DNA of 64,000 bases from an uncultured Deferribacteres bacterium (lineage in GTDB: Bacteria; Zhuqueibacterota; JdFR-76; BMS3Abin05). Shown here piece by piece: positions 9,341 through 17,287 of the stretch; positions within the stretch are counted from its first letter, which is position 1; each line of letters starts with the position of its first letter. The DNA is taken from positions 17,675 through 81,674 of the forward strand of contig CAZOHG010000004.1 in assembly GCA_964579725.1 (NCBI GenBank), written 5' to 3'. The notes under the pieces are model-generated. The model saw nothing but the letters and a program-made list of their open reading frames with translations. It had not been told where the DNA came from and did no database searches. The position numbers and the translations under genes are program-made.

Positions 9341-9703
9341 ATGCGCTCTTTGATCAAAGTAGCGGTGGCGGCCATATTAGTAGCCCTACTGATCGGAACC
9401 GTTCAGTCAGGTACCTACGCCAGTGGCCCCAGAGACATCCCCGTGGGTGGTATTATGAGCGGCCCAAGGGACATTCCAGTCGGCGGCATTATGAGTGGTC
9501 CGCGCGACATCCCGGTGGGCGGCGTTTGGAGTGGCCCTCGTGACATCCCTGTCGGTGGGATCGCCAGCGGACCCCGTGACATTCCGGTGGGCGGAATTGC
9601 CAGTGGTCCCCGCGATATTCCGGTCGGTGGCATCATGAGTGGTCCCAGAGACATCCCCGTGGGTGGTATTGCCAGCGGCCCGAGGGATATTCCGGTCGGC
9701 TAA
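9341..9703 (+). CDS. Sec-secreted small protein consisting of a signal peptide followed by 7.75 tandem 12-aa repeats (SGPRDIPVGGI[M/A/W])
   Basis: An RBS GGGAGG lies 9 nt before the ATG at 9341. The signal peptide is MRSLIKVAVAAILVALLIGTVQSGTYA. The mature part is made only of repeats and ends with a truncated repeat, SGPRDIPVG-stop. Confidence 0.75.
   Translation: MRSLIKVAVAAILVALLIGTVQSGTYASGPRDIPVGGIMSGPRDIPVGGIMSGPRDIPVGGVWSGPRDIPVGGIASGPRDIPVGGIASGPRDIPVGGIMSGPRDIPVGGIASGPRDIPVG
9422..9700 (+). repeat. 36-nt coding tandem repeat array (7 full copies + 27-nt partial)
   Basis: The copies are identical at the amino-acid level but differ at roughly 25% of nucleotides. Almost all differences are at synonymous third positions (Pro ccc/cca/ccg/cct; Arg aga/agg/cgc/cgt). 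Confidence 0.85.
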
Positions 9704-9834
9704 ACGAAGTCGACATTTATTTTCCCTCAGGCAGATTTTCATTCGTTTGCATGCAACGGATGTCATGAAGCTTTTGGCTGAGGGGGTTGAGACTGTATCT
9801 CAATCCCCTTTTTTATTTTTTAGGAAACAATGCG

Positions 9835-10191
9835 ATGCCAGGCAATCCGTACAAAATAAATTCCAGATCGGAATACATTTCAAAAAGAATGTCCACGAGT
9901 CTCTCCGTTATTGCCTATGTGCCCAAAAATAATCACGGGGATGTGCGGCAACTGATTATGGATATTTTTCGCCGACTTTCCCTCGAGCCCAGATACGCTG
10001 GGACCGTTTCTTTCGGATTCTTGGAAATTCCCTGCAACGAATGTGATTCCGACCCGCTGATTGACCAAATTGACCCGCAAGATTTGCCCAAAATTGTAAT
10101 TTACCGATCCGGGGGAAGTTCCGTTTTTGAGATTGAAAACATCGAGTTCCAGAAAATTAAAGTAGCAATTGACTTGGCTCTCGAGCAGTAA
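9835..10191 (+). CDS. hypothetical small protein, thioredoxin-fold-like without CxxC
   Basis: The ORF is 9787..10191, with a likely ATG at 9835 after AGGA. The beta-alpha-beta-alpha pattern (VIAYVPKNNHGDVRQLIMDIF...DPLIDQIDPQDLPKIVIYRSGGSSVFEI) parallels the thioredoxin/KaiB-like fold. KNNH sits where CGPC would be. Confidence 0.35.
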   Translation: MPGNPYKINSRSEYISKRMSTSLSVIAYVPKNNHGDVRQLIMDIFRRLSLEPRYAGTVSFGFLEIPCNECDSDPLIDQIDPQDLPKIVIYRSGGSSVFEIENIEFQKIKVAIDLALEQ

Positions 10192-10219
10192 TAGAAAACC
10201 ATGCCAGAGGTGGTGGAGT

Positions 10220-10579
10220 ATGAAGTGGTGGGAGATTTACAGCGAACGGCAATACGTCCAATTGCGAACATTCCATCGACCCAAGATTTTTATTTGGTAT
10301 TCCGGACGACTTCCCGACCGCCTTCAAAATGAACTAAGGGTCATTTTTGAAAACGTGGAATACGAATATCGGGAAATCGCCAATTTTATTGTCTCCTTGG
10401 TTCATGTCGATCGGGACCCTGAATTGCAGCAGCTTTTTGGCTTTTTAAATCCAACACCGAAGGGACTTTTTTTGACGGGGTATTCGTCCCAAGGAACCAC
10501 ACTCTTTAAATGCAACGAGCTTTCGCCCAGTCAATTGAAAATGTACATCCTCCGTCTGCTTGCGTCTTCACAAAACTAA
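10220..10579 (+). CDS. hypothetical small protein, thioredoxin-fold-like without CxxC (paralog-like of the upstream ORF)
   Basis: The ORF is 10169..10579, with a likely ATG at 10220. KIFIWYSGRLPDRLQNELRVIFENVEYEY...DPELQQLFGF...KGLFLTGY aligns with the thioredoxin pattern ILVDFWAEWCGPCK...NPGTAPKYGI...PTLLLF. SGRL replaces CGPC. Confidence 0.35.
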   Translation: MKWWEIYSERQYVQLRTFHRPKIFIWYSGRLPDRLQNELRVIFENVEYEYREIANFIVSLVHVDRDPELQQLFGFLNPTPKGLFLTGYSSQGTTLFKCNELSPSQLKMYILRLLASSQN

Positions 10580-10839
10580 GATTCCCCAAGCCTTCGATTG
10601 GACTTCTTCCATTTAAATGGCCATTTTTTTGGAAACCGTTCCATTCTTAAGTAAGAGGGAAAGTAAAACGAAGGATGAGCAAACTTCCGTTGAAAACAAA
10701 ATTTTCCTTTTTGACTGGTTTTTTTGATTTCAGGACAGGAAACAACGATTTTCGATTTCAGAAATTTTTCCCGTGTCGGGCAAACAGTGGCCAGCGCTAA
10801 TTCCGCCACCACCCATTCACACGTGGGTGAAACGTTGGC

Positions 10840-13839
10840 TCACCGGATCACCGCAAATTTTTGCACCGCCAGAAAAGGATGTTTTCCCTTCACCTGCAAG
10901 CGCAAAAAGTAGATTCCTGCCGGAACGGTACGAGAGTCGAAGACTTTATCCGACCAGTGAAATTGGTAGCGCCCCGTGGGTTGCCTTCCTTGTGTCCAGC
11001 GGGCTACTTCTCTACCCAGAACATCGAATAGAACTATTTCCACGTTCCCCGGATATGCCAATTGGTACACGGTGGTTAGCGGTCTCCCTCCTGTGGCAGG
11101 ATTTGGATACACCGGTTGCAGAGCAAAGTGGGAGGGCGATACGGATTTTGCTCCGGGCACGCCCAGGTTTTCCGAACCTGCGAGGAAAAACAAATCCAAC
11201 TGCCCATCCAGATTCACGTCCAGGGCGTCAAACTTGCCGTCAAAATCGACGTCGATTCGGTCTAAAACGCCGTCGCCGTTGGTGTCGAAGGCGTCGTAGG
11301 TTCCGTCGGCGTTCAAGTCCACGGCGTCCGGGATGCCGTCGGCATCCAGATCGCTGAGCACAAGATCAATTTTCCCGTCCTCGTTGGAATCCACCTTGAC
11401 CAGGGTGTAGCCCAGCGAATCGCCCGAGGCGGCGTACAGGAATGTGTCAAACTTTCGATTGCCGTTGGAATCCAACAACAAAATTTCGGCCACACCGTCA
11501 CTGTCGGGATCGCTGAGGGCAAAAAAGGTCTCGGTCGTGTCCTGTACCGCCCGCTTTTGCAGCGGGTGCTGCCCGCCGATCGTAGGCGGAATCTTCGAGG
11601 TGTCCACCTTGTAAATGCCTTTTGCCTGATCCACCGGAACCAACGGAATAATCTGATCCGGAATGCCTCCCACAAATCGGGATGTCCACGAGCGGCGGAA
11701 CCAGCTCCAGTTTCTGGAATCCTTATTGAACACTTTGCCGCTCACCACAATGTATTTTCCCTGCCCATCTACATCCTCTAACACGGTTCCAATCTGTCCC
11801 ACGCCCTGTACGGTAATGACCCGGTCCTTCACAATTAGAAGGTCTGTTTGCGGGGGCGGCGGATTGGGTATGTAGGTCGTGTTTTCCTTTCGAACGCGGT
11901 ACAACTGCCCTTGTGCCGAGATAAATTTGGTCACATTTTTAATGCCTGCTTTCAACGTGCCTGTAATCAAATCCGTACTGTAGACCTTGGAAATAATGCC
12001 TGTTTTGTCCACCTTTTCAATCAGTTTCCCGACTCCCTCCATGGCATTGATGGCGCCCTTTTCCTGCTCACCTATCAGCGGCGGATTGTCTCGCACATCT
12101 TTTCGCGTGAACAAAACACCCGCTTTGTTTTGCCCCGGTGCTTTGTACACCGCCAGCCCGTTTTGCTCTTTGCTCAGTTGAAAATCCGCCGAAAGCGACG
12201 GACACTTTTTTTGCCGAAGAAATGTGTTGAGTGTGTCGGGAGGGTTTGCCACCAACTGATTCATTCGTGCCGCAAAGGCGGCGGAATCGTAATCAGTTTG
12301 AATGAGACCGTCTAATTGGGTGTTGACCAGCCAATTCAGATCCTGACCGGAATTCAACCAATTCAAAAGTTGCGTGTTGTCGCCAAAAGCAGAGGCCAAA
12401 GCGGAAAGAATCCCCTGAGCGGCAATTTGGTTAAATACCTGACGAAACAATTCGGCTTTTTCCTCGGGAGAAGCGTTCTGCAAGCGTTGCCTCAACGTGT
12501 CCACCGCTTGTTCCGAGAGGGCATTTAAGGCATCCGACGCCGCCTCGTCCTGCAAAAGGGAATCGCTCCGGGTCAATTCCGGCTTCTTGTAGCCCGGGTC
12601 GAAGGGATCCAGCGGATTGGTGCCGTTCAACACTTCGGTACCGTCCAAAATACCGTCGCCGTCGGTGTCGGGATTGTACCGATCGGTTCCCCAGACGCCT
12701 TCCTGACTGTTAATCAGGCCGTCCAAATCGCTGTCCGCGTCCTCATCGTTCGGATCCGTTGACATGTAGGGATCAAAAGAAACGGCGTAATTGGGATCCG
12801 GCGAAGTGTGAACCCCCAAAATGACGCCGTCAGCCGAGCGTGTTTGGTTAAAATCAAAACCGGACCCGGCTTTTTCAAAGGTAAAGATGTGGGGTCCCCG
12901 GGCGCCGCCCCAGTAATTCCAGGTAAAATCACTCCATTTTAGAAGTTCATTGCTCACCCAGAGGCCAACTGCGGCATTGACAAAGGAACAATGGTTGATG
13001 TAAACCTCGCCGCCGGATGTGTCCTCGATCGCCAGAGCAAATCCCCCTTCCCCTTCAAACCGGCATTTTTCGATGCTGACCCGGCGGGGATATTGAATAA
13101 AAAAGGCCTTTTTCCACAGGTGGGCCAAATCCTCAAAAGGACAGGTAAACATACCGCCAAAATTCCAGCTGGTGACCAACGGGTAGTAGAAGTAAAATTT
13201 CGTCCCGGTCACGGATACTTCGTCTGCGGCAATAATGGCTCCGTAGAGAAGCTCCATCCGACCTCCAACCACCACAAATTTTTCGCTGGAAATATCCAGG
13301 GGCATGTAGTTTGACGAAAGCATTTTCTTGGTTACATCACAATTGTCTAATATGATTTCGGCCGCTTTCGAACCGACACCAGCTCGAATGGACGAGAGGC
13401 TGTCGAAAACGCACCCATGGAAATCGAGTTTGACCTGATTTCCGTACAATAGGGTCACTTCCCCATGCCCGGGCATCGCATGAAAACTGACCTGATTGGC
13501 TTTAAGAACCGAGCGGGAGCCAAGACTAATCCCAAAGGTAACCACCGAACCGGGATCAATCAAAAGCGTGCGACCGGTATCCATCTGGTAATCGCCATAG
13601 GGAGTTGTCGAAACGTGGATGCCGGCGGGCCAATGCAAAATGCCGTCACCAGGTATGCCGCCAAAACGGTCTGTCCCGTCAAGCTGGCCGTCACCGTTCC
13701 AGTCATCATTTTTGTCTTCCTCGAAAAAGCCACTGTGGTACACCGTGTCCGCTTGTGCTGCAGCAAAAAGCCTTTTGTTCGTCCACCCAAAAACAACCGT
13801 TAGGCTAATCAAAATAGACAGAAAAAAACGCATCCTCAT
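10840..13839 (-). CDS. secreted right-handed beta-helix protein with thrombospondin-type-3-like Ca-binding repeats and a T9SS (Por) C-terminal sorting domain
   Basis: There is an N-terminal signal peptide. The central region is a parallel beta-helix (pectate-lyase-like fold), with multiple DxDxDGxxD repeats. The C-terminus ...VYPNPATGG...VEIVLFDVLGREV...AGIYFLRLQ...KFAVIR is a type-IX-secretion C-terminal sorting domain. Confidence 0.75.
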   Translation of the reverse strand: MRMRFFLSILISLTVVFGWTNKRLFAAAQADTVYHSGFFEEDKNDDWNGDGQLDGTDRFGGIPGDGILHWPAGIHVSTTPYGDYQMDTGRTLLIDPGSVVTFGISLGSRSVLKANQVSFHAMPGHGEVTLLYGNQVKLDFHGCVFDSLSSIRAGVGSKAAEIILDNCDVTKKMLSSNYMPLDISSEKFVVVGGRMELLYGAIIAADEVSVTGTKFYFYYPLVTSWNFGGMFTCPFEDLAHLWKKAFFIQYPRRVSIEKCRFEGEGGFALAIEDTSGGEVYINHCSFVNAAVGLWVSNELLKWSDFTWNYWGGARGPHIFTFEKAGSGFDFNQTRSADGVILGVHTSPDPNYAVSFDPYMSTDPNDEDADSDLDGLINSQEGVWGTDRYNPDTDGDGILDGTEVLNGTNPLDPFDPGYKKPELTRSDSLLQDEAASDALNALSEQAVDTLRQRLQNASPEEKAELFRQVFNQIAAQGILSALASAFGDNTQLLNWLNSGQDLNWLVNTQLDGLIQTDYDSAAFAARMNQLVANPPDTLNTFLRQKKCPSLSADFQLSKEQNGLAVYKAPGQNKAGVLFTRKDVRDNPPLIGEQEKGAINAMEGVGKLIEKVDKTGIISKVYSTDLITGTLKAGIKNVTKFISAQGQLYRVRKENTTYIPNPPPPQTDLLIVKDRVITVQGVGQIGTVLEDVDGQGKYIVVSGKVFNKDSRNWSWFRRSWTSRFVGGIPDQIIPLVPVDQAKGIYKVDTSKIPPTIGGQHPLQKRAVQDTTETFFALSDPDSDGVAEILLLDSNGNRKFDTFLYAASGDSLGYTLVKVDSNEDGKIDLVLSDLDADGIPDAVDLNADGTYDAFDTNGDGVLDRIDVDFDGKFDALDVNLDGQLDLFFLAGSENLGVPGAKSVSPSHFALQPVYPNPATGGRPLTTVYQLAYPGNVEIVLFDVLGREVARWTQGRQPTGRYQFHWSDKVFDSRTVPAGIYFLRLQVKGKHPFLAVQKFAVIR

Positions 13840-13995
13840 TACCCTACCTCCTTACACAATCATTGCTTTATTTTCAGCCAGCGTCGTTCACTTGAGCGGA
13901 AAATTGTCCAAATAATGGTCAAAATCATTGGATTGAATAGAAGAAGCAAGTTCCATACCAATTTGGTTCTGAGTAGGCGTGACATCCGGAGGAAA

Positions 13996-14031
13996 ATAAA
14001 AAAGCCCTTCACATTAACGCGAGGGCTTTTG
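13996..14031 (-). terminator. hairpin terminator downstream of tRNA-Met (possibly bidirectional)
   Basis: An 8-bp stem AAAGCCCT / AGGGCTTT with a 13-nt loop is flanked by an A-run upstream and a T-run downstream on the plus strand. This gives a U-tract on both strands. Confidence 0.55.
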
Positions 14032-14034
14032 AAG

Positions 14035-14108
14035 TGGCGGTTCAGGGACTCGAACCCCGGACACGCGGATTATGATTCCGCTGCTCTAACCAACTGAGCT
14101 AAACCGCC
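14035..14108 (-). tRNA. tRNA-Met (anticodon CAU; elongator type, could alternatively be the lysidine-modified tRNA-Ile2)
   Basis: The reverse complement folds as a 74-nt cloverleaf: acceptor GGCGGUU/AACCGCC, D-arm GCUC/GAGC, anticodon stem GCGGA/UCCGC with loop AUCAUAA, T-arm CGGGG-UUCGAGU-CCCUG. G1-C72 is paired, so it is not an initiator. CCA is not encoded. Confidence 0.85.
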
Positions 14109-14310
14109 GCATTTTCAAATTCGCTTTAAAAAATAGGATATTTTTTGCCAAAAGTCAAGATTTTTTTGGTCTCAAAACCCTCCGATTTTCTCTTCTTCCA
14201 GGGGTAACGGAGGGCCGCAGACACTCATTAATTTTCTCAAATCGGCCTATCTTCACCCCGGGAACGAGCCGTTGACTGTTTGAGGATGCTTTTTTTTACC
14301 GGGATTACTT

Positions 14311-15570
14311 TTACTCTTCCTCGTCGTTGTACACCTTTTCTTCCGTCCGATCGGCCTCTTGGGCATCGCCTTCAATGTCCCGGCCTCTGGGCGGGTTGGC
14401 CAGAAATTCTTTGTAAAATTCGTGCTGAATGACCAGATCCATGATTTCGTTGGTGCCCGTCCAGATGGTAATCAAGCGCACATCGCGAAGCATTTTTTCC
14501 ACGGGGAAAATATTCGTGTAGCCGATACCTCCCAAAATCTGCATGGCGTGATTGACGACCGTCCAGGCTGATTCGGTGGCAAATTTTTTCGCCTCGGAAA
14601 CCAGGCGGCGCACCCTTCCCGGAGGAAGTCCCGCATCTACAGCGGCTCCGGCAGCGTGGTTGAGCGCCCGGGCCGCATCCAGAAGCGTGAGGCCGTCGGC
14701 CACCTTGAAACTAACAGCTTCGAATCGGCGAATCTTCTGTCCGAAGGCGCGGCGTTTATCCGCATAGCGCGCCGCCACTTCAATGGCAGCTCGTCCCATT
14801 CCCACGGCGCCCCCCGCAGACGTCAGCCGCTCCGGAATCATCATCTGGTGAAACACGCGCGTGCCGTTCCCGATGCCGGCTTCACCGCCCAGAACATTTT
14901 TAAGCGGCACTGGCGCCTCTCGAAACACCAGCCGGCCGGTTCCGCCTCCGCGGGTTCCCATTAATCCATACACATGTTCAACGGAAACTCCCGGACCCCG
15001 TTCCACCAGAAAGGCCGTCATGGCCTTTTTGGGGTCGTCAATCCCTTCCACCTTTCCGTACACAAGAAGGACGTCAGCCCCTTCGGCCCCCACCACAAAA
15101 CGCTTCTGTCCGGTCAGGTAAAACATATCCCCCTCCCGGCGAGCCCTGGTGGTGGCGGCAAAAAAATCGGAGCCGCCGCGGGGTTCTGTCAAGGCCTCGG
15201 CCGGAGCCAGTTTCCCTTCGATCATGGGCTTCAGAAACCGCTCTTTCTGCTCCTCTGTGCCAAACACATGAATGGCCTCCCCGACGATGGAAACCAGTGA
15301 GTACAGGCACGCCAGTGAGGTTCCCAGGACACCCACCTCCTCCAGCGCAACTATCTCCGACGTCCACGGCAGGCCGTGTCCTCCCCATTTGGGATCGAAA
15401 CGCAGCCCCAAGAGGCGGCGTTTCCCGGCTTCCTCCAGAAATTCCTTCGGGTACACCACCTCGTCCCTGTCCATCTTCAACAACAGCTCTTTCGGCACCC
15501 AGGAGACAAAATCTTGAACCTTTTCCCTGAGCGCTCGATCTGCCCCGGTTAGTAATGCCTCGGTTGCCAT
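14311..15570 (-). CDS. acyl-CoA dehydrogenase family protein
   Basis: Motifs match the three-domain ACAD architecture: [13 protein letters not shown]..., GGxG..., and a C-terminal helical domain. Confidence 0.85.
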   Translation of the reverse strand: MATEALLTGADRALREKVQDFVSWVPKELLLKMDRDEVVYPKEFLEEAGKRRLLGLRFDPKWGGHGLPWTSEIVALEEVGVLGTSLACLYSLVSIVGEAIHVFGTEEQKERFLKPMIEGKLAPAEALTEPRGGSDFFAATTRARREGDMFYLTGQKRFVVGAEGADVLLVYGKVEGIDDPKKAMTAFLVERGPGVSVEHVYGLMGTRGGGTGRLVFREAPVPLKNVLGGEAGIGNGTRVFHQMMIPERLTSAGGAVGMGRAAIEVAARYADKRRAFGQKIRRFEAVSFKVADGLTLLDAARALNHAAGAAVDAGLPPGRVRRLVSEAKKFATESAWTVVNHAMQILGGIGYTNIFPVEKMLRDVRLITIWTGTNEIMDLVIQHEFYKEFLANPPRGRDIEGDAQEADRTEEKVYNDEEE

Positions 15571-15910
15571 GGCTTCCTCCTAAAATATTTATTTCGCCCA
15601 ACGCTTCCCCACACACTATTCTCCTTTTCAGCCATTTTTGTTCCCTGCTGTAACGGGCGTTGCCACAGCGGAAAATCGCTTTTCCCTCTTTTGGGAGTAA
15701 GATTTATTTCATATTTATCCGATTTAGGCGATTCGCAATTAAAAAATTCAGTGAAAACTTGCGAAACCCATGGCCGTTCTCTCCATTTTACACGCAAGGC
15801 AAGTCGGAAAAGCAAGCGGTTTCCCCCGAAATTTGGGTCCCTACGCCAACGGGTGTTGGGCACATCTGTTCGGAACACACGGCTGCGCACTCATTGAACA
15901 TGCCGAAAAG

Positions 15911-15952
15911 GGCCAAAAAGAAAAGGCGCCACAAAATTCTTCGGGTTGTGGC
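15911..15952 (-). terminator. intrinsic terminator downstream of the PPIase gene (minus strand)
   Basis: A stem GCCACAA / TTGTGGC with an 11-nt loop is followed on the minus strand by a UUUUCUUUUUG tract. A second weaker hairpin GGGCA/TGCCC lies at 15979-15995. Confidence 0.5.
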
Positions 15953-16015
15953 ACCTCTTTACGGAGCAGTTAAGCAAAGGGCACCGCAATGCCCTCAAAA
16001 AATAGGTCGGATGAT

Positions 16016-17044
16016 TTACAGAGTAAAGGCCTGAAAATTAGCGTCTTTTTTCAACTTTTCGATCAGTGCTTTGTAGGCGGCTGCCTGTTTTTTCTGTTTA
16101 AGTTGCTGTTTCAATTGGTCGTGAACCTGGCTGAGCGGTTTGGTTTCCTTTTTGCGGTTAATCACCTTTAAAATGTGGTATCCGTAGCGGGTTTCGATGA
16201 TGCCGCTAATTTTGCCCACGGGTGTGTTGAAGGCCGCATCTTCAAAGGGCTTGACCATTCGGCCACGCCCAAAATCTTTGTACAAACCGCCGTTGTCCTT
16301 GGAACCCGGGTCTTCCGAGTATTTTTTGGCCAATTTGGCGAAATCCTCGCCCTTTTTGGCGCGCGCCAAAATGCCCTCCATTTTTTTCCGGATGGCCTTT
16401 TTGGCAGAATCGCTCTTGCCCTGCGTCATGAGCAAAATGTGACGTACGGTAGTGGTTTTGGGTTCATTGTAAGCGGTTTTAATGTCAGCTTCGGTCACTT
16501 CAGTTTCCTTGGCCAATTTTTTGTCCAAATACCGCTGGATGGTCAGGACGTCTTGGATGTCTTTTCGGACGTAATCGGCGCTTACGCCATTTTGCGCCAA
16601 AAATTGCTGGAATTTTTCCTTCCCCCCTGCGCGTTTGTACTGAATGTCAAGTGTGGAGTCAACATCGGCGGGTGTAACGGTGATTCCCGCCTTTTTGGCC
16701 GCTTGCAGTAAAAGACGCTTTTCCGCGAGATTTTCAGCGGTCTGATTCAAAATGGATTTCAGTCGGTCAGCACCAAAGCTTTTCAGTTGGTCAGCCCGAC
16801 GACCGGAACTTTCAACAATGACCTTAATGACGTCCGCTGTGGTCAATTTAAACGAATTGGTCGAAATCAGGACTTTGTTGGTTTTGGGGGAAACGGCCGG
16901 AACCTTTTCGCCAATGGCTTTGGCAAGCTGGTAAGCGGGGGTTCCTTCTTTTAAGGCTTCATTTTTTTTGCCACACGAGGCTAATAAAAGAAGCGCCACT
17001 ACGGGGAAAATGACAAATTTTCTCATGGGGGTTTTCTCCTTCAA
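16016..17044 (-). CDS. peptidyl-prolyl cis-trans isomerase, SurA/PrsA-like parvulin-type lipoprotein
   Basis: The signal peptide ends in a lipobox LLLASCG. A SurA-N-like helical chaperone region precedes the parvulin domain (RHILL...GGLYKDFGRGRMVKPFEDAAF...GYHILKV). Confidence 0.85.
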   Translation of the reverse strand: MKEKTPMRKFVIFPVVALLLLASCGKKNEALKEGTPAYQLAKAIGEKVPAVSPKTNKVLISTNSFKLTTADVIKVIVESSGRRADQLKSFGADRLKSILNQTAENLAEKRLLLQAAKKAGITVTPADVDSTLDIQYKRAGGKEKFQQFLAQNGVSADYVRKDIQDVLTIQRYLDKKLAKETEVTEADIKTAYNEPKTTTVRHILLMTQGKSDSAKKAIRKKMEGILARAKKGEDFAKLAKKYSEDPGSKDNGGLYKDFGRGRMVKPFEDAAFNTPVGKISGIIETRYGYHILKVINRKKETKPLSQVHDQLKQQLKQKKQAAAYKALIEKLKKDANFQAFTL

Positions 17045-17149
17045 CTCATTGAAATGACTGGAAATTAAAAAGACCCTTAAATATAGGGAATAATTTTTTG
17101 AAAAACCACTATTTTAGCTCTTTTCTTCGAAATTTTGTTCTTTTTGCTC

Positions 17150-17197
17150 AAAAAAGGGAAACGGGAAAAACAGAGGAAAGTCTCTGATTTTCCCGTT
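17150..17197 (-). terminator. intrinsic terminator downstream of the tricorn-like protease gene
   Basis: A 10-bp stem AACGGGAAAA / TTTTCCCGTT with an 18-nt loop is followed on the minus strand by UUUUUUG. Confidence 0.55.
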
Positions 17198-17287
17198 TTC
17201 TGGTCAAACTTCTTCGTTAAACTTATTCGGGGCAAAAAGGACACGACCCTGTTCCGCCTACCTTGACTTGAACCGCCCCTTCTTTTT

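Noticed and set aside
9407-9766. Minus-strand ORFs across the repeat array
   Set aside because: They are reverse-frame artefacts of the 36-nt periodicity. The plus-strand frame has an RBS, a signal peptide and an in-phase stop.
13878-13898. Possible sigma-54 promoter upstream of the T9SS cargo gene (reverse complement TGGCTG-N..-AAGCA)
   Set aside because: The GG-to-GC spacing is 11 rather than 10 nt and the -12 element is poor. It is not convincing.
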